Virus record (IMG/VR): IMGVR_UViG_3300042013_000056
Location: 64,001-128,000 of that record
DNA: 64,000 bases
Strand: one strand, 5' to 3'
Origin: a virus
Shown: positions 48,930 to 59,016 of the stretch, one piece after another
Numbering within the stretch: position 1 is the stretch's first letter
Layout of the letters: each line of letters starts with the position of its first letter
The notes under the pieces: model-generated
The model's input: the letters and a program-made list of their open reading frames with translations, nothing else
Database searches by the model: none
Told to the model about the DNA's origin: nothing
Translations under genes and position numbers: made by a program

Positions 48930-51455
48930 TTACATAAAATCGTCAAGTGAGATTTCGTCTTTGTACTTCCAACCAATTGCATCGCAAATAGTTGCCAAAG
49001 GCTTGATGAATGATTTATCAAACATCGTCTCACGGTCCATAAACCGCAGAATATTATCTGGGTCCATTTCGTCTGGAATTCGCATACCAGATTTGAACGC
49101 AAATCGCTCACAGCCGTAACTATTCGGCTCTCTCAAAAGGATACTGGCAATCTTCTCGCCTTCTTTGATCATGTCCACGCCGTCGATCTTTCGAGCCACA
49201 CGGTTGAACGCCAAAACACCTTTGATATGACCCGGACATCTGAACCCCGGCTGCATGTCACCCATGGTGTACTTGGCTAAGTTGTTCGCGGAAGACACAC
49301 CGGCAATTTCCCGGTAGTCGATCACACCATAACGCTTGTGTACGTCATCGATCAGGGTCAGAAGCTGTGCTTGTTGTCCGTCAAGGATCAAATCAATCGC
49401 CTCTTTCAGACCATCCCGCGCAAGTTGTGGTGTACTCGCTCGCTGGGTTTCAATACCCATGATCTTTGTTTCTGGTTCTTTGTAGCGGTAACCTTCCATG
49501 TCCCACACTGCCAACGCATAACGTTTCTTGGCAATGAAGAATCCAGTTGAAGAAATCGCTTCTCGTTTCATGTACATCACAGACGCGTAATGGTTCATGT
49601 ACGTTGCAAGTTCTGCATACCACTTGTTCAACATCGGTTGAATCTTTTCTTCGGCAAACCGATCCAGCATGGTTACCGTTGCATCTGTACCTTTGTTTGC
49701 ATAGAACTTATCAACAAAGTCTTCGAAACATACATAACAAGAGTCAGTATCAATTGCCACAACACGATCTTTAGGCTTGCCACCGATAGCCTTGTTCAAC
49801 ATTTCATTGAAGTGTTTAGCCGACCATTTGATAATCACTTGACCCGTGAGAGTTACAGCTTCTGCGTTTCGAATGTCGTAGTATCGGAAATACGCGTTAC
49901 CCAATGCACCATAAGCCGAGTTGATCGCGATCTTAGCCGCTTTCTGCAACAGGTCGTACTTACGAACATCATCGTCATTGCCAGCATGCTTGGCATCTTT
50001 CATCAGGTTCTTGAAAATTTTACGCTGATTAAAGACATGCTCAACTACGGTTGGGATCACACCACGGATATCTTTGCGGTATCTTGTACCGTTAGCACCG
50101 ATGGAATAAGTTTCACCATTCATGTTGACTTTGCCAGCAACGTAATCATCAACATCAGCGTTGTAAAGCTTATCAACCAGTGTCTCTGGGCTGATATTTA
50201 GCTGACGGATAATACCCGGATACAGCGATTCCAAGTCGAATGACATAATCCAGCGGAAGTATCCAACCAATGGGTCTTTTACAAACGCACCTTCAAATGG
50301 CACAGCTTGGCTATTCCGTTTCATCGGAACAACAACTTTTTGCTTCTTCAAGTGATTGAAGATGATTGAATCCCACTGTTTGATTGGTGAATATCCATCC
50401 TCGAACGTCATTCCTGCGTCATAGGTCATGTACATCATCAGATCAATCAATAGCAACTTCTCATTGATTCGTTTAACCAAATCAACGTCGTAGATGTTGT
50501 AATCCACGTATTTCTGTGGGTCGTTGATTGCCAGATCAACCAGCGAACCTTCAAAGTCCAACTTGTCGTCTTGAATCTCGACTTTCGCGATGTAGCCCAA
50601 GCGGAAGTTTGATCGAGGCTCCAATACGAACTTTTTGTACAACTCAATGTAGTCAAGTTGTGCAATACCAACCAATTTGACGAACTGTCTTTGACCGTTC
50701 TGGTTATCCTGCATGGTTTTGATATCAGTACGACCATACGGACTCAATGAGTCAGCAGCGGCTTCACCCAGAACCATCGTAATGCGTTTGTGCATGTACG
50801 GGATGTCAAAGCTGTTCGAATACCAACCAGTAACGATGTCCGGGAAGCATTCACGCCAGTCTTGAATAAATTCAACCAACATGTTCTTTTCAGTTGCGAA
50901 ATACTTGTAACGAACACGTTTCAGAAGCGATTCTTTGAGTGTCGATTCTTCTTTGGTCCACTTCCGAGTTGAATACACGGTGTAGATATCGTCAATGTTG
51001 TCGTACAGGGTAATCGCGTCAACTTCCCACTTCGCAATCTCAGGCGATGGGAATCCATCAGGTCTTGCAGTGGTTGGGTCGTTTGGGTCGGTGTAAGTCG
51101 CGGCGTGAACTTCGATGTCGAGGTTCTTGATCCGAACAAGCTTGGTGTTTGGTGTCTGCTTGCCGAACTGATCAGCAATGAACGCCAAAGTGAAGTTGTC
51201 CATACCATTTACAACACCGTTGGAAACGGCCTTGGTGTCGCGTATAAACGCCGATGCGTCATACATGTTGTCGAAGTGCATGGGCATCTGGGAAACGCCG
51301 TAGATGTCCTTGTAGCCTGTTTCTTTGCTGGTTGGGACAAATAGCGTAGGGGAATAAGTGTGTTTCTCTCTGAAAGGCTGTCCGTTTTCATCATATCCAC
51401 GAACCAGCATGTGTTGGCCTAATCGGTCAACAGCGGTGAAAAATTTCTTTGACAA
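48930..51455 (-). CDS. 43: family B DNA polymerase (gp43), uninterrupted
   Basis: DIE, SFDLESLYP, KIAINSAYG, IDTDS, KKRY; TTG start after AGGA. Confidence 0.97.
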   Translation of the reverse strand: MSKKFFTAVDRLGQHMLVRGYDENGQPFREKHTYSPTLFVPTSKETGYKDIYGVSQMPMHFDNMYDASAFIRDTKAVSNGVVNGMDNFTLAFIADQFGKQTPNTKLVRIKNLDIEVHAATYTDPNDPTTARPDGFPSPEIAKWEVDAITLYDNIDDIYTVYSTRKWTKEESTLKESLLKRVRYKYFATEKNMLVEFIQDWRECFPDIVTGWYSNSFDIPYMHKRITMVLGEAAADSLSPYGRTDIKTMQDNQNGQRQFVKLVGIAQLDYIELYKKFVLEPRSNFRLGYIAKVEIQDDKLDFEGSLVDLAINDPQKYVDYNIYDVDLVKRINEKLLLIDLMMYMTYDAGMTFEDGYSPIKQWDSIIFNHLKKQKVVVPMKRNSQAVPFEGAFVKDPLVGYFRWIMSFDLESLYPGIIRQLNISPETLVDKLYNADVDDYVAGKVNMNGETYSIGANGTRYRKDIRGVIPTVVEHVFNQRKIFKNLMKDAKHAGNDDDVRKYDLLQKAAKIAINSAYGALGNAYFRYYDIRNAEAVTLTGQVIIKWSAKHFNEMLNKAIGGKPKDRVVAIDTDSCYVCFEDFVDKFYANKGTDATVTMLDRFAEEKIQPMLNKWYAELATYMNHYASVMYMKREAISSTGFFIAKKRYALAVWDMEGYRYKEPETKIMGIETQRASTPQLARDGLKEAIDLILDGQQAQLLTLIDDVHKRYGVIDYREIAGVSSANNLAKYTMGDMQPGFRCPGHIKGVLAFNRVARKIDGVDMIKEGEKIASILLREPNSYGCERFAFKSGMRIPDEMDPDNILRFMDRETMFDKSFIKPLATICDAIGWKYKDEISLDDFM

Positions 51456-51495
51456 TGAGTTTCCTAAAGCAAGCATTAAGGCGATGCAGACCTAT

Positions 51496-51539
51496 ATTGT
51501 AAATGAAAAGGGTCGTGAACTAAACATTCAACGACCCTT
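51496..51539 (-). terminator. regA terminator whose loop holds the -35 of a gene 43 promoter (TGTTTAGT-N17-TACAAT)
   Basis: AAGGGTCGT...ACGACCCTT then TTCATTT. Confidence 0.7.
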
Positions 51540-51544
51540 GTGTA

Positions 51545-51916
51545 TTACTTCTGACCGATGTTGTACTTGTAGACTTTCTGCCATCCATCGTTTGCATCTG
51601 CAAATGAAATGATTCTGAACAAATTACGTCGTTCGGAAACAGCTTGGCTGTGGTCAACGATACGGCACAGGTTCCAGTCTTCAAGAAGCTTGGCAATGTC
51701 GTTTCGTCTTTCAGTATCTTCATCAGTCATTTTTGCATCACGCCCATCAAGCTCTAACAGCTCTTTGAAATGCACGATGTATACCTTGCCACGTTTGTTT
51801 AGAATGTGGCATGACTGGTAAATGGTTTTGGTTTTGTTGTTGGCTATACCAACTCTGGTCAGTGTTTCCCGGATTTTCGGAAAACTATCTTGACTGGTTA
51901 ATTCAATCTCAATCAT
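51545..51916 (-). CDS. regA: translational repressor RegA
   Basis: FxKIRETLTRVGIA...YQSCHIL.KRG..YIVHFKELL.LDG. Confidence 0.97.
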   Translation of the reverse strand: MIEIELTSQDSFPKIRETLTRVGIANNKTKTIYQSCHILNKRGKVYIVHFKELLELDGRDAKMTDEDTERRNDIAKLLEDWNLCRIVDHSQAVSERRNLFRIISFADANDGWQKVYKYNIGQK

Positions 51917-51932
51917 CAGTGAAATACTCCTA

Positions 51933-52337
51933 TCACGGTGTATTTACTGATGGCCGCAAGCCACCAAAATTGGTCATCTTTCCGCGAAGTGCTTTCAATT
52001 GATCTTCTGTAAGTCGCTCAATCATGCCAATGGCTTTTCGTTGACTGACTTCGAAGTATTTCATCACATCTTCGAGGTATTCATGTTTCTCAAGTTTGTT
52101 CCACTTACCAAACCGTTTCATCTTACGCAACCCGTAATACAGGTAGTCGTATTGCATCTTGTTTGGCAGATGTGGGTGCATATTCAAAAAATGAACATAC
52201 GGCACGGCATCAATAAAGTTGCTTAAAGCCCGATTGATCACGAACGGTACATAAGCCCGTTCTGCTTCTGGCCCGAATGGAACGTATTTCTTATCGTTGA
52301 TTGACCCAATCAGATCGAATGGGCTTAACTTGCTCAT
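51933..52337 (-). CDS. 62: clamp loader small subunit (gp62)
   Basis: YVPFVINRALS, MQYDYLY, KRFGKW; start revised to MSKLSPF. Confidence 0.93.
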   Translation of the reverse strand: MSKLSPFDLIGSINDKKYVPFGPEAERAYVPFVINRALSNFIDAVPYVHFLNMHPHLPNKMQYDYLYYGLRKMKRFGKWNKLEKHEYLEDVMKYFEVSQRKAIGMIERLTEDQLKALRGKMTNFGGLRPSVNTP

Positions 52338-53290
52338 TACTTGAAGTCCATGTTCATCATCAACTGAACACACAGGCATTCCATGTGAATTTCGATGTCT
52401 GGTACAGTGTTGTAGAACTTCTGGTTTTCACCGATGTATTCGATCATTGCAGGGATGTGGCTTGGTTTCACAGCAGAGAACATCGCGTCATACAAAGCCC
52501 GAATAAACGTCGGATAATCAGACGCATATTTTGGGATCAACGCACGAATTTCTTTGAACTGTTTCGCCTTCAAGTGCCCGACCATGACATCAACTTCGGA
52601 CGCGGATGTAACTTGACCAAGAATACCTTCATCGATCACACCTTTCATAGCGTATGATTGCAGATCAACCAACATGGACCGGTTGTCTGGGAAGTGCTTC
52701 TTGACCAGTTCCATAACTACTTGCTTGTTATCAACTTGAACGTTTTCGAGCTTCAAGATTTCCAACAGGCGAATAACCTGACCTTTGATCATCTGGTTCT
52801 TTTCATCGGCTGGAATCACGAACTCTTTAACGTTCATCCGGCTTCTGATTGGCTCAATGATTCGGTTCAGTTGGTTGCATGTCAGAATGAATCGGCAGTT
52901 GCACGAAAATTCTTCAATGATTCCACGGAACGCTTTCTGTGCCGGTTCAGACAAGTTGTCTGCTTCGTCGAGGATCACAACTTTACCAGACCCCATCATA
53001 GATACGGTCGATGCAAACTTGGTGATGTCGGTACGGAATACGTCGATACCAGCTTCGGACGATGCGTTGATGAACAACAAATCCATGTCCATTTCTTCAA
53101 CCATCGCTCTTGCCATGGTTGTTTTGCCAGTACCCGGATTACTCGAACACAAAATCATGTTCTGCAATTCACCAGCCGCAACCAGTTCTTTGAAGTATTC
53201 TTTCAAACTGACAGGCAGGATACTTTCATCAATGGACTTTGGGCGATACTTCAATTCCCAAAGCCATTCGTTAGGGGTTACACTGATCAT
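52337..53290 (-). CDS. 44: clamp loader large subunit (gp44)
   Basis: WELKYRP, PGTGKTT, ILDEAD, IRSR. Confidence 0.95.
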   Translation of the reverse strand: MISVTPNEWLWELKYRPKSIDESILPVSLKEYFKELVAAGELQNMILCSSNPGTGKTTMARAMVEEMDMDLLFINASSEAGIDVFRTDITKFASTVSMMGSGKVVILDEADNLSEPAQKAFRGIIEEFSCNCRFILTCNQLNRIIEPIRSRMNVKEFVIPADEKNQMIKGQVIRLLEILKLENVQVDNKQVVMELVKKHFPDNRSMLVDLQSYAMKGVIDEGILGQVTSASEVDVMVGHLKAKQFKEIRALIPKYASDYPTFIRALYDAMFSAVKPSHIPAMIEYIGENQKFYNTVPDIEIHMECLCVQLMMNMDFK

Positions 53291-53300
53291 CTTTCACCAA

Positions 53301-53987
53301 TTAAGAAGCGATTTCGATTTTAGTTCCGCTGAACTCACTAGACTTTTCAGCCGCGACAAAGTATTCGATGTCAGATGCAGAGAACCGGCACAGGCAACGA
53401 CTAGAAATCGAAACCTTGTAATCAGCTCGTACCATCTTCAACAGATCGGTTTGAATCTGGAAGTTGTACGTGTTATCCGACAGGTCTTGACCAACGACCA
53501 CACTGAATGCGTTAGCATTAGGGTTCTTCGGGTCAATCGCTTTGAGTACGATATTGTTCTTTTCATCTTTGGTCACAGCCAACATCGGCAGACCCAAAGT
53601 CGAACTTGCTTTCATGATCCGATCAAATGTATCTTTCGGAAGATCAAATTCAACTTCGCCACCGGGGAACTTAACGCGGTTCTTCGGTGAAATGATTACT
53701 TGTTCTTCTGCGTACCCGTAAGAACACTTCGATGCACCACCAGTGATGGTCATGTAATTGGTGTTGAATTCTACATCGGCTTCTTCGAACAGATTGACTG
53801 TAGCAATGAAGTTGTTCAGGTCATAGATACCAAACTGCACCGGGAAATCTTCTGGAACTTTTGCAAATGCTACAACAGTCTTTGCGATGTTCACGGTGCT
53901 GATTTCGTTACCCGGTTTAACGATGATCGACGTGTTGATACCACTAAAATTCTTCAACAGATCGAGGGTGTTTTTGCTAATTTTCAT
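53301..53987 (-). CDS. 45: sliding clamp (gp45)
   Basis: MKISKNTLDLLKNFSGIN, FGIYDLNNF. Confidence 0.95.
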   Translation of the reverse strand: MKISKNTLDLLKNFSGINTSIIVKPGNEISTVNIAKTVVAFAKVPEDFPVQFGIYDLNNFIATVNLFEEADVEFNTNYMTITGGASKCSYGYAEEQVIISPKNRVKFPGGEVEFDLPKDTFDRIMKASSTLGLPMLAVTKDEKNNIVLKAIDPKNPNANAFSVVVGQDLSDNTYNFQIQTDLLKMVRADYKVSISSRCLCRFSASDIEYFVAAEKSSEFSGTKIEIAS

Positions 53988-53993
53988 GTTCTA

Positions 53994-54308
53994 TTAGTTA
54001 CTCACAATGTAGCCAGATTCAGTCAAAACGTCGTGGGTGACGCTTTCAAGGACCAGATCAAGCGGTTGTTGATTCGTGGATTGACGCAGTGGACCAAAAC
54101 CTTTCAGTTGAATTACAACAAGGTTTTTATTCAGTTCGCGGAGGGTTTCGAGGTATCGGGTTTTGATTTTTGCATCAATGTCTTGATACAGGGCCAGTCG
54201 GGCCGGTTGTGCGATCAAACTAAATTTCTTCGCTACATCAGCGTCAATCAGGGAAACCCAAGCATTACGCACGTTTACATCATGTTCAACAAGATCACTA
54301 CGATTCAT
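53994..54308 (-). CDS. rpbA: RNA polymerase-binding protein RpbA-like
   Basis: RxAWV...PARxAxYxxID matches recalled T4 RpbA; T4 position upstream of gene 45. Confidence 0.65.
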   Translation of the reverse strand: MNRSDLVEHDVNVRNAWVSLIDADVAKKFSLIAQPARLALYQDIDAKIKTRYLETLRELNKNLVVIQLKGFGPLRQSTNQQPLDLVLESVTHDVLTESGYIVSN

Positions 54309-54329
54309 TACTATATTCTCACAAGGTGG

Positions 54330-54378
54330 CAGGGGTTTGATGGGATTACTATACCAGCTAAACCCCTGTTTCTAAACA
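54330..54378 (-). promoter_or_regulatory. promoter AATGTTTAGA-N17-TATAGT with the -10 in the loop of a 9-bp inverted repeat
   Basis: CAGGGGTTT (54330-54338) / AAACCCCTG (54360-54368). Confidence 0.7.
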
Positions 54379-56088
54379 TTAAACAGAAATTTCGATTTCG
54401 GAAAATTTACCGGTCATTCGAACGTCAATGGTTCTATCAAACTCCATAGACTCGATCTTTTCACTGTGACTGATCACATAGATTGAGTCATTGATTTGAT
54501 CCAGAATCTCAACCAAGGCTTCGATTCCGTCTGTGTCGCTTGAGCCGTCCATGACTTCATCCAGTACCAGCACGTTCACGCTACCACCAGAAATCAGTTT
54601 CACCAGATCACGCCATGCGAACAGAATCGCGATGTCAATCCGGTACTTCTGACCTTCGGAAAAACTGTTGTACGTGAAGTTTTCCATACCACGGGTCTTG
54701 ACACTCTCACTGAATTCTGCATCCAGCTCGAACGTGTACATCGCACCCATCTTGGTCAGGTACTCATTGATCAGTTTGTTGATCACAGGAATGTACTGAC
54801 CGATGATCACGGTTTTAACACCAGAATCCTTGAGAATGGCATTGATTGCCGCATAGCAATATTTGTCATTCATCAGTTCCAACCGATGTTCACTGACCTT
54901 GTTCAGCATTTGTTCCAGTTTAATCAGTTGTTGGCTCACGTCTTTGAACTCTTTCTGCTCAAGGGCAGCAATCGAATTCTGTGTCATTTGAATTGCGGAT
55001 TCATAATGACGAACGCTTGATTCATCAACGGCTTTCTGACTCTGGACTTCTTGAATCTTGGTCTTGATTTTCTGATCGCGTGTGCGGTCTACTTCTTTGG
55101 CGTTGATCCCGGTGACCTTTTCATCCAGTCGCAGCCCAACTTCGTCGATACTCATATCCAGTTCGAAGGTTTTCTTCGATTTGAAGGTTGTATCAATCTT
55201 CTGGGTACACACCGGACAGTTATCGTTGTTGGTCAGGAAGTGCAACATCTTTTTGTGTTCTTCGATCTTGGCTTGCAGTTGACCACGTTCCGCATACAAG
55301 GCCGGTAAGGCTGTCTGGTATGAACCATCGCTCAACATAGGTGCTAGCTTACCCAAGACATTAGTGCCCGCCAGAACGTCTGCTAGAGCGCGATCCAGCT
55401 TATGTGCAAGGTCATCCAGCTTGACTTTTTCAGCCTTGATCAATTCGTCAACTTTACCCTTGTCATCAGCCTGTTGTTTTTGCAACATCGACTGTTTTTG
55501 GGTCAGCAGTTGAATGTTATGTTCTGCTTGAACAATATCGCTCTGACAGATTGCATGTCGTTCTTTGTTCTTTGCAGCCATGATGCTAAGCAGTTGGATA
55601 TCCAACAGGTCTTCGATCACTTCACGGCGTTTCGGTGCTGTCAACTGCATGAACGGTGTAAACCCGGCTGTACCAAGAACCACAATTTGCTTGAATGATT
55701 TCAAACTCATTTGGAGAATCTTGTTCTCAAGGTAGTCTTGGTAATCACCGGTACTGGCATCTTCTTCGATCAGTTCAGAATCCTTGCGGATTTCAAATAC
55801 TTTCGGGCCGATGCCGCGTGTTACTTCATATGGAACACCATCGACTTCAAACTCAAGCTTGACCACCATACCCTTTTTGTTAGTGGTGTTCACCAACTGG
55901 GGCATGTTGATGCTTCGATATGGTTTACCGAACATCGCGTAAGTCAAGGCTTCAATCAGGATCGTTGATTTACCTGTACCATTCTTGCCGGTAATCAGGT
56001 TCTTTTTATGTGTGTCAAGCTCAATGATGATTGGAACATTACCAACGCTCATTAGATTCTTGATCGTAATCTTTTTCAGATTGATCAC
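54379..56088 (-). CDS. 46: recombination endonuclease, SMC-like subunit (gp46)
   Basis: GKNGTGKST, CPVC zinc hook, FSEGQK, LDEVMD, SH. Confidence 0.95.
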   Translation of the reverse strand: MINLKKITIKNLMSVGNVPIIIELDTHKKNLITGKNGTGKSTILIEALTYAMFGKPYRSINMPQLVNTTNKKGMVVKLEFEVDGVPYEVTRGIGPKVFEIRKDSELIEEDASTGDYQDYLENKILQMSLKSFKQIVVLGTAGFTPFMQLTAPKRREVIEDLLDIQLLSIMAAKNKERHAICQSDIVQAEHNIQLLTQKQSMLQKQQADDKGKVDELIKAEKVKLDDLAHKLDRALADVLAGTNVLGKLAPMLSDGSYQTALPALYAERGQLQAKIEEHKKMLHFLTNNDNCPVCTQKIDTTFKSKKTFELDMSIDEVGLRLDEKVTGINAKEVDRTRDQKIKTKIQEVQSQKAVDESSVRHYESAIQMTQNSIAALEQKEFKDVSQQLIKLEQMLNKVSEHRLELMNDKYCYAAINAILKDSGVKTVIIGQYIPVINKLINEYLTKMGAMYTFELDAEFSESVKTRGMENFTYNSFSEGQKYRIDIAILFAWRDLVKLISGGSVNVLVLDEVMDGSSDTDGIEALVEILDQINDSIYVISHSEKIESMEFDRTIDVRMTGKFSEIEISV

Positions 56089-57122
56089 TGTGTTTCAGCC
56101 TCGCGGTATAAGTCCAGAATGAATCGTTTGATTTTCTTCCGATCTTCATCGGTTTCTTCCAAGGTATCAACGTATTCATCAATGATGTCAGCCGTGGTCA
56201 ACATGTTATTGAGTGACACAGTTGCAGCCACACCATTACCGGAATCCAACACATCTTTTACTTTGACTTCTTTGGCAATAAGAATCAGCTTATCAATCAG
56301 CTTATCGAATTTCTTGGTGTCGCCTCGGGATTTGACTTGAATGTTCAAGTTCATTCCTTTGTATCGATCCAAGTTCTTTTCATCAAATGTTTCATGATCG
56401 TAGTAGATGCGCGAAAATCGCGGCATGTTGTTGTTATGGAACTCGAACTTACCGTCATCTGTATCATAAACCCAGACACCACGATCATCATCCGCATCAC
56501 CAAACGTCAATTGGTATGGAGTACCAACGTACAGGATATGGTTTGCTTTTGAGATTGTATGGAAGTGACCCGACCAAACTTGACTGTAATTTGCCAAGAA
56601 GTGTGCGTCTTCGCCCTGTGATGCCATACCACGGTAATACTGGAACCCAGCCAACTCAAAGTGACCAACTGCAATGTTCCGGTCGCTGTTAGCGATGAAC
56701 TCAAGGACTTGTTTGCGGTTGTCCCGGCAAATCCACGGAATCATGTCGATTCGAATTCCATCAATCTCAAGGACGCCCGGTTCGTTGTAGATCGTGAAGT
56801 TGTCGTACCCTGCCAGCAACTCGTTACACGAATTGGGGAAGATCGATTCTTTCAAGTGCATATCGTGGTTACCCACCAGCACATGCCATTCTTGACCCTT
56901 GGTCTTGGGGATCAGTTTTTCCCGTACAAGTTCCATGGTGTCATGTCGAATAGCTTTGCGAGCATCAAAGAAGTCGCCGGTTTGAATAACGTGTTTGATT
57001 CCGAGTTTGGACATCAACGGGAAAATGAATTCATCAAAAACCCGTATTTGATATTCGGCGGTTTCTCGGTCGCCACTTCGGTGACCCAAATGTTGGTCAC
57101 CGATAACCATCAGTTTTGCCAT
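56085..57122 (-). CDS. 47: recombination endonuclease, Mre11-like subunit (gp47)
   Basis: GDQHLG, TGDFFD, GNHD, GHFEL, SGHFH, GTPYQL. Confidence 0.95.
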   Translation of the reverse strand: MAKLMVIGDQHLGHRSGDRETAEYQIRVFDEFIFPLMSKLGIKHVIQTGDFFDARKAIRHDTMELVREKLIPKTKGQEWHVLVGNHDMHLKESIFPNSCNELLAGYDNFTIYNEPGVLEIDGIRIDMIPWICRDNRKQVLEFIANSDRNIAVGHFELAGFQYYRGMASQGEDAHFLANYSQVWSGHFHTISKANHILYVGTPYQLTFGDADDDRGVWVYDTDDGKFEFHNNNMPRFSRIYYDHETFDEKNLDRYKGMNLNIQVKSRGDTKKFDKLIDKLILIAKEVKVKDVLDSGNGVAATVSLNNMLTTADIIDEYVDTLEETDEDRKKIKRFILDLYREAETQ

Positions 57123-57619
57123 TAATCAATAAATTCCGCTAAACCACCTTCCTCTACAGGTTCAAGTGGCACAATTTTTTTACCCGGTGCTTCTTTCAAC
57201 TTTTCACCGATATCTTTAAAGAACGAATAATCAATCTGGATGGCGTTTCCGTCATCGTCGAATTCTTCAAGGTCGGGGATAGCTTGCAGGTAGTATTTGT
57301 ACTTGATACGGGTTTGCTTGTTTTCTTTCTTTAAACGGTTTACACAAGCCCGTTCACATATCCGAGTGATATATGCATGGACGTTAGTGTATTGGGTGTT
57401 GTATTTGTGAAGATATCTGGCACAGACTTCAATCGCGTCCAACGCCATTTCATCACGCCATGTGTAGTTCTGGAAGTTCCAGCGCTTGACGAGATTATTA
57501 GCAATCAGGATTACCGACTTTGCGGTGTAATCGCCCATCTTTGCGACGGGGTTTGTTTCACGACGTTTATGCCATTCGACAATATCTTCGTACAACAGTT
57601 TATTGTCAACGTACATCAT
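57122..57619 (-). CDS. 55: late sigma factor (gp55)
   Basis: YVDNK.L, NFQNYTWRDEM..DAIE, AYIT. Confidence 0.93.
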   Translation of the reverse strand: MMYVDNKLLYEDIVEWHKRRETNPVAKMGDYTAKSVILIANNLVKRWNFQNYTWRDEMALDAIEVCARYLHKYNTQYTNVHAYITRICERACVNRLKKENKQTRIKYKYYLQAIPDLEEFDDDGNAIQIDYSFFKDIGEKLKEAPGKKIVPLEPVEEGGLAEFID

Positions 57620-57638
57620 TTCTCCTACTGGTCAGACT

Positions 57639-57719
57639 ATTCTACCAGTGTTTGTATCAAATATAAACATTCCCCAGAAATGCAAAAGGCCACTCATCGA
57701 TTAAAATGAGTGGCCTTTT
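57639..57719 (-). promoter_or_regulatory. terminator (57684-57719) followed by gene 55 promoter AATGTTTATA-N17-TAGAAT
   Basis: 14-bp stem; spacer contains TTTGATACAAA. Confidence 0.75.
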
Positions 57720-57726
57720 TGGTGCG

Positions 57727-58002
57727 TCAAGCGCTACTGGATTTCTTGTAAATCTCAAAGTTCTTATAGAACTCGTCGATGATCATATCAAACGTACCAA
57801 AGAACTCTTTGGTTTTTGCATCAAAGGTTCTAAGCCGCATGTTCTGTGTCTCGATGGATAGCGTCAACACCTGAGCCAGCAATCGGTTTGATCCAACCAC
57901 TACACGCTCATAAGTGCCGTCATCCCGTTTGATATATTCCAAAACGTCTCTATCAAACTCGAACCAGTATGGAGAATCAATTCTCCCATTTGTATTAATC
58001 AT
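57727..58002 (-). CDS. hypothetical protein
   Basis: 91 aa ORF. Confidence 0.65.
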   Translation of the reverse strand: MINTNGRIDSPYWFEFDRDVLEYIKRDDGTYERVVVGSNRLLAQVLTLSIETQNMRLRTFDAKTKEFFGTFDMIIDEFYKNFEIYKKSSSA

Positions 58003-58432
58003 GCAACGTTACGATCTTACCAGCCCTGATATCAACTCTACCGTCACCGACAACCACCATTTGATAGCGTGAGTCCGGTAGTTCCCTCAGTTCTTTCCAA
58101 CAGGAACCCCAAGGCCCGGTGATAAGCAGGGTACGGCATCCGTCACTTTTGGTGATACGATGATACTCATTCTTTGGAATGTATATCAAACGGCGTCTGT
58201 TTCGATCAAGTCGGACGACCTTACCACCATCCTGCACGATTTCTTCAACATAATTGCCCTTGAGCAAAACGCTGATCGCACCAAATGCATGGGTATGGTA
58301 TCGGTCTTGACACCCGGTTGATTTATGGAAATGGAACAGTTTGATACTGAACAGTTTCTTCCATTCCAACAGCGTGATTTCAGTTATTGGTTGATCACCT
58401 TGATTGATTAGTTTCTTCTTGAGAAATATCAT
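57995..58432 (-). CDS. cupin-fold protein
   Basis: YHTHAF...GNYVE...YHRI...TLLITGPW; start revised to MIFLKK (track ORF runs through tRNAs). Confidence 0.7.
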   Translation of the reverse strand: MIFLKKKLINQGDQPITEITLLEWKKLFSIKLFHFHKSTGCQDRYHTHAFGAISVLLKGNYVEEIVQDGGKVVRLDRNRRRLIYIPKNEYHRITKSDGCRTLLITGPWGSCWKELRELPDSRYQMVVVGDGRVDIRAGKIVTLHD

Positions 58433-58446
58433 TTGGTAACCATAAT

Positions 58447-58532
58447 TGGTGCCGATGGTGGGATTCGAACCCACGATCCCTTCCGGGCGCCACTTTTTGA
58501 GAATGGTGTGTATGCCACTCCACCACATCGGC
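58447..58532 (-). tRNA. tRNA-Leu(CAA)
   Basis: cloverleaf with long variable arm, GTTCGAATC, encoded CCA. Confidence 0.92.
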
Positions 58533-58539
58533 TTGAAAT

Positions 58540-58617
58540 TGGAAGGACGGGTCGGATTTGAACCGACGGGTTTACGGATTTGCAATCCGGTGCATTGGGC
58601 CTCTCTGCCACCGCCCC
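58540..58617 (-). tRNA. tRNA-Cys(GCA)
   Basis: loop TTGCAAA, GTTCAAATC, U73, CCA. Confidence 0.9.
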
Positions 58618-58625
58618 TTTGTTAT

Positions 58626-59009
58626 TTAGTGTGAGTTGACAAGAATCTTCAACACATCACGCGCTTTTTTGTATTCACCCAGCTTGATCAAACGGGCTGC
58701 TGTTCGTTCAAGTTCAACGATTGCAGCATCCCTTGGGGTTTCCACCGGCTCGATATTCGCAATCAGTGTCGGTGTACCCAGCTTGATCATGACGTTGCTA
58801 GTGAGGAAACGAAATTTAATATCCGACTGAGAATCAAGCACCAAGTATGACGCTCGACGACCGTTCAGTTCGTAGGTCAGCCAATCGGCTACATCTTTTG
58901 ATTCTTTCAGACTACATCCGGTTTGTTCCCGGAAATCTTTGATCCAATTGATTTTACGATCCGCTACGAACAAGCCGGTTGGGCCGAATGTGGAAACCTT
59001 AAATTTCAT
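58626..59009 (-). CDS. protein with ribosomal bL12 CTD-like segment
   Basis: KINWIKDFREQTGCSLKESKDVAD resembles KIxVIKxVRExTGLGLKEAKDLVE. Confidence 0.55.
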   Translation of the reverse strand: MKFKVSTFGPTGLFVADRKINWIKDFREQTGCSLKESKDVADWLTYELNGRRASYLVLDSQSDIKFRFLTSNVMIKLGTPTLIANIEPVETPRDAAIVELERTAARLIKLGEYKKARDVLKILVNSH

Positions 59010-59016
59010 CTAATTC

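Noticed and set aside
39176-51455. Introns, inteins or gene-60-type bypass in the polymerase, helicase and topoisomerase genes
   Set aside because: ORFs are continuous and of normal length
27484-53690. Long plus-strand ORFs (e.g. 27484-28479, 30962-31810, 31758-32570, 52658-53323, 52785-53690)
   Set aside because: Antisense shadows of well-supported minus-strand genes; no RBS or motifs
58433-58585. N-terminal part of track ORF 57995-58585
   Set aside because: Runs through tRNA-Leu and tRNA-Cys; true start taken as 58432
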